In this document: in pieces, positions 55,661 through 64,000 of the stretch
Position numbering within the stretch: the stretch's first letter is position 1
Layout: each line of letters starts with the position of its first letter
Assembly (NCBI RefSeq): GCF_036321535.1
Contig: NC_087437.1
Coordinates: forward strand, 44,828,001 to 44,892,000
Reading direction: 5' to 3'
Source: Camelus dromedarius
Lineage: Eukaryota
DNA: 64,000 nt
Notes under the pieces: generated by a model
The model's database searches: none
Seen by the model: the letters and a program-made list of their open reading frames with translations, nothing else
What the model was told of the DNA's origin: nothing
Program-made: the position numbers and the translations under genes

Positions 55661-56709
55661 TCATCAACTTATCCAACTCTGCTCCTTGTGAAGGAGTTCA
55701 ACATGAAGCTCAAAACAAGGCCAACCATTAATCTAAAAACATTGATGGAGGAAAGGGTTTAGGATAATGTCTTTAAGAAAGGACATACTTAGGCAAAGAA
55801 AGTAATGGGACATTTTCAACTCAATCATATAAATAACCTTTCATTTTGAATAGCTTTTGGACTCCAAATTTACAGAAAGACTGATGAGGTCAGGGGAATG
55901 AATGGATGACAAAATAGGTCCTGAGGCAACACGAAGAAGAAACAATGAGTGAGTGGGAAGAGATGCACATGTAACAAGAGGGAAACAGAGAGTCTCTGCT
56001 TCTCAAGGGCCTCATTTGCCTGCTCAGATTATATTTGTTTTGTGTGTACCCAACACACATTACTCCATATTTCCCAAAGGATTGGAGTTCCAAATGGTCA
56101 GATTTTGTCCTAGAATCCCAAATAGCTAAACATTTTTGAATTCATATTGTTGACCAAGCTAAGTTTTGGAACACACTGAGACTTCATCACAGGAGGCTCT
56201 AACAAGCTCCTAAGCTGAAATCCATTCGTGTCTGAGAGACTATTTGCTGTTAAAGGAAGAGGGCTTCAATACCTCTTTGAGCCTAGTCCAGGCTTCTTCA
56301 CAAGTCTTGGCTACGTAAGTTAACTTTCTGGTGTTTAGCTATCTTTCTTCAGAATCCTGATTTGGAGGAATATCTTTGAATGATAAATATTTATTGTACA
56401 AAGGGGTAAAGTGGGTAAGTTTAAAAAGAGTGAGTTCCACCTCCAGAGTACTTACAAGGATCCTATGTGGTTGTCTGTATTTATAAGTGGTTTTTCTCAC
56501 TAAATGCAAAAATATTTGATTACTTGACTCTGTATATAGTGCATGTATGTGGAATAACAGGAAAGAAGCTTGTCATTATAGTTTACTAGTCAGAAATTTT
56601 GCTGGTAGATGAGCTATAAGTCGCTTAGACTAGGAAGTCATTTGTGATTATTTCTATTATTAAAAACTACACTAAAAATTATAAGTACATCTATTGAGTG
56701 CCTGTAGGC

Positions 56710-57026
56710 ATTTTTCTAGACCAGGGCCAGAGAGTAAATATTTTGGCTTTGTGGTGAGTCATATATTGGCTCAGTTGTAATTATTGAACTTTGCTGGTGT
56801 AAAAACAAACATACACTGTGTAAGTGAACAGATGTGACTGTTCCAATGAACTTTATTTATGGAGAGTGAAATTTAAATGTATGATTTTTATGTATTATGA
56901 AATTATTATTGTTTAAAAAAATTTTTTTAGCTATTTAAAAACTTTAAAACCATTCTTAGCTCATCGTTCATATACAAACAAGTAGTCAGTTGGATTTACC
57001 TGTGGGCCATAGTTTGCTTATCATTG
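56710..57026. mobile_element. MER58-like hAT-Charlie MITE
   Basis: AGGGCCAGAGAGTAAATATTTTGGCTTTGTGG..GACTGTTCCAATGAACTTTATTTATGG..AAAACCATTCTTAGCTC..GTGGGCCATAGTTTGC. Confidence 0.85.
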
Positions 57027-57319
57027 TTCTAGACATTTACCTTTTTCATCTCAAGTTCTGTCATCCATCTCAAGGTAGAATTCATTTATCTCTGTTGCAC
57101 AGATGATGAAACTAAGTATCAGGAACATTAAAACTGACCTGGACATAGCATAGCAAACAACTGACAAATCTTTGACAATTTTCTTGAGCTCTCTGAGTCT
57201 TAGTTTCTTTATATGTAAACTGGGGAGAAATACTTTTATTATGATATTATGGGGATTAAGTGAAATAATTTTTTCAAAAGCTATGTAATTTTTCCTAGTT
57301 GCAGACATTTTCCTGAAAT

Positions 57320-58200
57320 ACTAAAGTTCAGGGGATACACAATGTACAACACAGGCCTTGACTTTGCTCACATCAAGTTCACAATTAAGTTTAGAAGATA
57401 TACAGCAAATTAAAAAATATAATAAACGTGATGGTTGCTTTGTTAGGAAAAAAACATAGGCCTAAGGGAAAATATGGTACAGGTGCCTATCCCAGTGTTC
57501 AGGAAAAGCCTTCTGGAAAGCAGTGGTGTTAAATGGAGCCTTGAAATGATGTATTCAGGTGAAAAGGTGGGGAAAAAAGTATTTAAGGCAGGGCAAGGCC
57601 ATAGGTAAATCCCAGAGGTGGGAGAGAGAGCTAGCCCATTAAGAAAACAAAAGAAACTCCTTATGTCTAGGAACAGAAGTCAAGACATAAACAAACCAGA
57701 GTTCAAGAAATAATGCTAAAGAAATAAGGAGACATATGAAGACTTGTTAATAAGTTTAGACATTATCCTAAGATCAAAGGAAAGTCCTGACGAGTTTTAA
57801 GCAATGAGGAAATCATATTAGACTTGCATTTTGAAAAGGTCATCCTACTGCAATATAAAGAATGGATGGGAGAGTGGCAAGAATGAGTCCAGGGAGACCA
57901 GTTAAAAAGTAGCTGCTGTGGCCCAGATAAATGGTGGTGGTGGCCTGAATTAAAGTAGTGGCAGAAGAAATTAAGAGAAATCATCAGGTTCAAGAAACAT
58001 TAAGTCATTGGATTCATTTAAGAATATTCATTTCATATCTGCTTATTCCATCTATTGTAGTGCTAGAGATTTAACAATAAACAAAAATAAACAAAGGTCA
58101 GCCTCTCTGCCTTACTGTAAGAATGATGATCAATGTAGAGTCATAATTTCCAGGTTTTTGCTTTTAACAACTGGGTGGATGGTGGTAGTGTGAACTGAGA
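57320..58200 (-). mobile_element. L2 fragments
   Basis: GGGGATACACAATG.., TTTTAAGCAATGAGGAAATCATATTAGACTTGCATTTTGAAAAGGTCATCCT, CAACTGGGTGGATGGTGGT. Confidence 0.7.
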
Positions 58201-58857
58201 TAAGAAAAAAGTAGAAACAGATTTGGTTTGTATTGATTAAAAACTCAGACTAAAATTCTTTGTAGTTCTTTCTTGGTGCGTTCTCCCTTAAGGCGATTTA
58301 AGACCAGAACTAAGAGTGAAAAGACAGTAGGTTTATGGCTCTCTAAAGCAATTTCATTTTTTCAGTTTTATCCTACCTTTTATACTGAGAGAATTAAAAA
58401 AAAAAATCTTTGGAGGAGAAGGAATGTATAATTGGAGTTGCAGAATAAAAGCAGACACATCTGATACAAGCAGATACCAGAGGAAAACTAGTTATGTACC
58501 ACGTCTCCTTCCCTGCTCCCCAAAATAGGTGTTTTTTTCCCAAGGTGGCATCTGCTCTACCTTAAAATGGCTTATCTGGAACTGTTAGTGTATGACTGAG
58601 TACAGCATTGACAGTCAGAAGCTTGGGTTCTTGAGGTGATTCTCTTTATCCAAGGTGTTCCCTATTAAGATCTCCACCTTTCCTACAAGGACCACCCTCT
58701 GCCTCTTTTTTCTATGTTCTAGGACCCCTTGAAAATAGTATTGTAGATAATTCTCCTTAGAATATACTACCCATCAGTATAGTTCAACTTCAGAATGTTT
58801 TTAGCTAGTGATTATTCTATCATCAATGTAAAGATTTCTAGAGGCAAATAGATTATG

Positions 58858-58885
58858 GTGTGTGTGTGTGTGTGTGTATGTGTGT
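58858..58885. repeat. Interrupted (GT)n microsatellite
   Basis: Direct read. Confidence 0.9.
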
Positions 58886-59164
58886 AGTTGGACTAACAGA
58901 AATAGCTTAATATTTTATGGTCTTTAAATACAGTAAACCATATCCATAAATGGTATTTCCCGAATACTCCAGAGCTGGAGGTGGGGTCATGGCAAAGTAT
59001 CCTAATGAGATAAACAGAGAAATTTAGCAAATGGAGATCTTCCTCTAAAAATAAATTATACAGAGAGTAAAATGTTAAATTTAGTTCTTGATCTTTTGTT
59101 TGATGTGCCTGTGAAGTGGATGTGTCCACTAGGCTATTGTATAAACTCATCTGAACCTCAAGAA

Positions 59165-59760
59165 AGAGCTTTGGGCTGGAGATAATAGACTTGGTAATTA
59201 TTCTCTTTGTATTCAATATTTGAAACCATGGCATTGAGTGAAACTACCTAATGAATTTATCTGGAGAAGTATTAGCATCTGAAAGATGTGGGGAAAAAAA
59301 AAAAAAAACAAAAAACCTCAGCAAAAAGAATTGAGGAAGAGCAGCTATGAGGTAGAAGGTAAATCCAGAACTAGCAGTCACAGAAGCCAAGAAATACTTG
59401 TTTCAGTAAAGTGTATTGTGCCAAAAGCTTGATTAAGGGCCATTGGATTTATCAGAGTCAATAGTGACCTTGACCGAAATGGTGTCAATAGTAAGATTGG
59501 AAGTGTGATGCAGTGAGGAAAGAAGTAAGTATGAAGTGAGGAAATCAGGCTGTCAGTGTAATAACTCTTTCAAGAAGTTTGTCCTACTAGGGGGCAGGGA
59601 AATCATTGCTTATTTTTCTGGTTTTTTCTTTAAGTTGGGAGAGACTTGAACACGTTCCAGAAGTGATAGAAAAGATTTAGTAGAAAGAGGTGTTAAAAGA
59701 TTAAGGGAGAGGTGGATAACTGATAGAGATCACTGATAAAGCAGAAGGGGAAGGAATCTA
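59165..59760 (-). mobile_element. L2 fragment
   Basis: TTGGGCTGGAGATA.., GTCACAGAAGCCAAG, CCATTGGATTTA..GTGACCTTGAC, ATAACTCTTTCAAGAAGTTTG. Confidence 0.7.
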
Positions 59761-61392
59761 GGAAACAAGATACGTTTTCAGAATGGTACCCTTTGTTTAC
59801 GTTGACATAACTGGGAAGTAGGAATAGTGTGAATCGTAGTACACATACTGTGGCTAGGTGAGATACTGCCCTCTGAATATTTTTATTATGAAGTGAGTAA
59901 AATTAAAGGGAGTGAAATAGGATGGCCAATGTTTTAGTATTTAATATTTAGATAATCGTTTTGGACAAGAGGATAGTACGATGTTGGACAGGAACAAAGG
60001 CCAGATAGACACTGGTGATTCTGAATTGATATTGACATTAAATCTTGTTATTCCTAAGATAATGAAATCTTTAGCAGAGGTATTATATGAGGCAAATATT
60101 ATGTTCTCCACAAATATTTCTATGAGATAAGTACTCTCTAGTATATATATGTGTATTTGTATCAATATATGTATACATGTAGATATATAGACACACATAT
60201 GAAAATAGTGAAATATATACATATATTCTTCTGTATCCTCATCATTCTTTTAAAGTATATTGTTTATTTTGTTCTTTGTATAGTTGCACTCTCTGTAAAA
60301 AGGCTCCATCTGCGTAGAGTTGATCAGGGAAAATTACTCTGGAATTTTGTTATTTTAGTTGGTCAAGAATGAATGCAGCTCAGAACTATTCTTAATGTTT
60401 CTGTGAATTTCTGTGCCTACACATTATTTCACTCTGATGTAGAATTTTGATGTTTACTTTTAACTTTTGAAGATATTAATCAAGCAATTACCAGTATAGG
60501 TATTAATGAATTATTTTCAAATTTATCTTTGCTCAATGCTAAAATAAAGTTGACAATGCAGTGCATAGAATTAAAAACACAAAAATAACAGAAAGACGAG
60601 AATCACTCTAGAATAACTATGAAGGGAATTTATGCATATAAATCTAAGATTTTATGCATTATTTTAATTAAGAGTGCTTAAAAATACATATGGCTTCCTT
60701 TGAATAATAAGCATTTATAGATGAGGTATGATTAGAAAATGCAATCTCTTACAGGTTCAATTAAATCAACTTCATTTCAATAATGGTGAGTGATTAGACA
60801 CATGCTATTAGAATCATACTTTGAGTTATCATTCAAAAAATCTATTTTGATTTTTTTTTTTACTTCTGCAATGGTTTACTAGATAATGATTATAGGGCTT
60901 AAAATTAATGGAAGAAGTTTAAAAGTGATTAAATTATATGTCTTAATCAGGCTATGATTTAATGTTACTGGCGGATTTAAAGAATTTTCATTTATTCACA
61001 AAGGACAACCATCTCTGCCAGTCAGACTTCAAATTAGTGAGAAATGAGCTTCGGAAGTTAGTGTGTATCTCATTTGCAGAGAAGAACTTATACAAATAAT
61101 TCATAACCCCTTGACCTTAATTTTTTTCTTTCTAATAAAATTTATTTTTATTTTAAGACATTTGATGGAGTAGTATTTTAGTGAGATTATTGTTACCCCC
61201 TTTTTTCCTGTCATTCTAGATAAAATTAGGATGATTAGAATTATGAGAAGTATTACAGGGTAAAATGTCATATTCTTTGTCATCAAGAACACAAGGCTTT
61301 CAGTATTTTTTTAAGAGGTTAGCATTTATTTTTGTTTTTGTTTTTTTTTTTAAGCCACCACCCCTGAGATGTGGCTCCTGTTTATATTATTT

Positions 61393-61525
61393 ATTTAGTA
61401 TTATTTTTTTTATGGGGGAGGTAATTTGGCTTATTTATTTATTTTTAGTGGAGGTGCTGGGGATTGAACCCAGGACCTTGTGCATGCTAAGCATGCGCTC
61501 TACCACTTGAGCTATACCCTCCCCC
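61393..61525 (-). mobile_element. tRNA-Ala(AGC)-derived SINE (vic-1-like), young copy
   Basis: Minus strand GGGGGAGGGTATAGCTCAAGTGGTAGAGCGCATGCTTAGCATGCACAAGGTCCTGGGTTCAATCCCCAGCACCTCCA, then A-rich-AATTACCTCCCCC-A-rich tail; possible TSD ATTATTT (61386-61392 / 61526-61532). Confidence 0.92.
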
Positions 61526-62939
61526 ATTATTTTTAAATTTATTTCAAATGCAATTTCAACGTGCATTTATCTCTAGGCAGCTAAGCTATAGCATTCAACT
61601 TTGCCCAAGTGTCTTTCATTATAGAGAAAAACACATTCACAAAAGGTTTACTTTTTTAAAAGTTATGCTATATACTTTTTCAGAAAAAGCACACAATATG
61701 ATCCATTTGTCATAATGATAAGATATACAGAATACTGCATTGAGACATACTTGAATTTATAGAGAAATGCTGATTTTTGCTAGTATAAATAATGAAATGC
61801 ATTATGCCTACATTAGAAGTTACAGTTAAGAAATAAAAACAATATTTATAAGATACTGTCAAATCATTTATATGATACATATGTAAAAGCAAGTTAAAAG
61901 TTTTCACTTAAACAATTTCCTTCCTTCCATGTTGATTCACAGTTCATTGAGATCAGTAACCTACATTTGTGTCATCATTCTGCAAGGCAGTATTGAAATA
62001 CACTTTCCATCTCTCATGTAATCTATGTGAAGAGAATACATAAAACATTAAACTGCAATTCCTGTCTCTCGCTGTGATGAAGTTAGAGTTTAAAAATAGG
62101 ACATCTTAGAGTGAGGCAAGGAGATAATTCTTCAAGAGGTGGTAAACAAAGGGCTTCTTTACTTCCATACAGGTGACCCAAGAGTCAATACGGGTTTTGA
62201 ACTGTGTGAGAGCTGAGTACAAAGAAAAAGTGTCACTGGTCTCTGGGACCAGCAGGAAAGAGTCAGGTCACAGATACTTATTTTTCTCATACAGTTTTAT
62301 AGATACATGTATTTGTGCCTATTGTGCTTACTTTATGTAATCACTGACAACAGTCAATCATGTTTTAAGCTATAAACCTTTAAGTTTAATAAACATTTAT
62401 TAAAAAGCCATTGTGTTAAGTACTATGCTGACTTCTGAGGAAACAACCAAAAAACACAGTCCCATATTATATATATAATAAATATATAATATTATATGTA
62501 TATAAAATTAAAGTTACTAGGCTTTCCCACAGTCCAAAACCCAAATTGACTCATGACTCACCTGTATGGAAGCAAAAAAGGAGGTTTTTTTTTTTTTTTT
62601 GCTTTTCTTCTTTTTTTTTAACCATATCTTTTTTCTAATTCCTTAACATCTATTTTTCTACTTTTTAACACTTTAGGGAAAAAAACATATTACATCTCCC
62701 CAAAATGCTAACATTATACTTAGTACAAAGATAAGCTCATTGTATATACTTTATCATTCACCTTTTTTTTTTTAATATATACATATATATATGTATTCTA
62801 GGCAGGAATGGCAACATTGGCACTTGAAGAGGTTATGTAGTTGGTTGGAGGTCATCTAAGGTTGGCACAGCTGAGGATTAGCATGGCTGGTGCTCTAACA
62901 CAGGTCTGACTGGGAGAACCTTTTACTAATCATCATTTA

Positions 62940-63228
62940 TTTGTGGGCTCATCCACATTTCACAGGCCTTTTGCAGTTAGTCAGAGGTAATGTGACTAGT
63001 TCTAACTACTGTCCTGTGAGTAGAAGATGTAGCTTAAGAGTCAGTAAATGACCCTCCAGCCCTTTCTCTTCGGCCATGGTAACTAACAATGTTCCCAATG
63101 GAGACTTCTAAAGTGTCCTGAGGCCCCAAATAACCATGTGGGGTAGAAACCCCATTGACCAATATCGTGTTAACCCACTGAGATTTGGGGGCTAATTTGT
63201 TACTGCAGCATAACCTAGTCCATAACTA
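62940..63228 (+). mobile_element. Old MLT1 MaLR LTR fragment
   Basis: TTGCAGTTAG..ATGTGACTAGTTCT..GTGAGTAGAAG; TTAACCCACTGAGATTTGGGGG..TTGTTACTGCAGCATAACCTAG. Confidence 0.75.
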
Positions 63229-64000
63229 TAGAGCATAACTATACCTCATGAGGAAACTCAGAATGCCACAAAATCATTACTTTTAACCTAAATGCTATAA
63301 CAGTTGTTGTGACTTAATAGGAAAACAATTCAAATACAACTAAACATATGATTTTATTTGTCCTATGGCCTGTAATTAGAAGTCAAACATTCATCTCATT
63401 TTCATGTATAAATTGTGAAGTGGTAGATTTCCTGTAAGGTGGTAATAATGGAGTTAAGATTCATAGGTAAGTAATCTCAATATTATTGTGATTTGGTGAA
63501 ATGCTTAGTAAAAGCTACAACAATTTAGAATGAGATAGCTTTGAAAGTTTTTACTTGCCCACCTAACCCTTATTTTTCATCAATAATTTTAAAATTAATT
63601 ATTATAAGCATACATATTGGTTTTGTTTAGGAGCAAAGAATAAAATTTTCATGGCAGGCTATGATATGATTCATGTATTTTCTGTATTTAGAAATGTATT
63701 TAGAAACAACTAATTATGTTAATCCTATTCTTCAAAATGCCTTCTACTGTCCTGAGATACAAGTAGTATAAACATGTGTATGTGGAATCGGCTACTAAAA
63801 TACACTTAACATAATTCCATGGCTTCTATTACAGGGCTTTGTGGAGGGAGAGTTTAAAATTTTAGATATCAAGTATTTATGATATTAGTTAATAATTGAT
63901 AGAGTTCCTGAACAACATTGACATTCTGTTCAAATCAGGCTTTTGAAACAATCAGTGTTTTTTCTTGCCTAAAAGATCTATTCATATTAAAAGTAAGTAC

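Noticed and set aside
61449..61525. Possible tRNA-Ala(AGC) gene
   Set aside because: Extra 5' GGGGGA, a SINE-type bipartite A-rich tail and two diverged relatives in the window indicate a SINE head.
62169..62266. Acceptor plus open frame VTQESIRVLNCV..., and a 15-bp match ACAGGTGACCCAAGA with ~55314
   Set aside because: The donor is weak (GTCACA) and the peptide unrecognised; a 15-mer match is expected by chance in 64 kb.

Overview
This is AT-rich, CpG-depleted mammalian non-coding DNA (intronic or intergenic). It is most likely camelid, because it carries three tRNA-Ala-derived SINEs resembling the tylopod vic-1 family. I found no intact protein-coding gene; the short ORFs in the track look like chance frames or repeat-derived frames. 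The one clearly recognisable gene-derived feature is a full-length, intronless, heavily decayed processed pseudogene of DDX5 (p68 DEAD-box helicase) on the minus strand (~27281-29666), with 5'UTR, CDS and 3'UTR; the ORF track almost entirely misses it. The rest is a typical eutherian repeat landscape (L1, L2, MIR, MaLR/ERVL/ERV LTRs, Tigger and hAT MITEs, microsatellites) with several nested insertions whose target-site duplications (TSDs) are readable. The most unusual observation is two independent ~65-bp L1-tail insertions that start at essentially the same nucleotide. Also notable are a 43-bp L1 tail inside the DDX5 retrocopy and several unique, CpG-retaining or splice-site-flanked patches that may be conserved elements or cryptic exons. 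I see no convincing evidence of a novel biological system. Repeat family names and DDX5 comparisons come from recalled consensus sequences, not database searches, and boundaries of old repeats are approximate.
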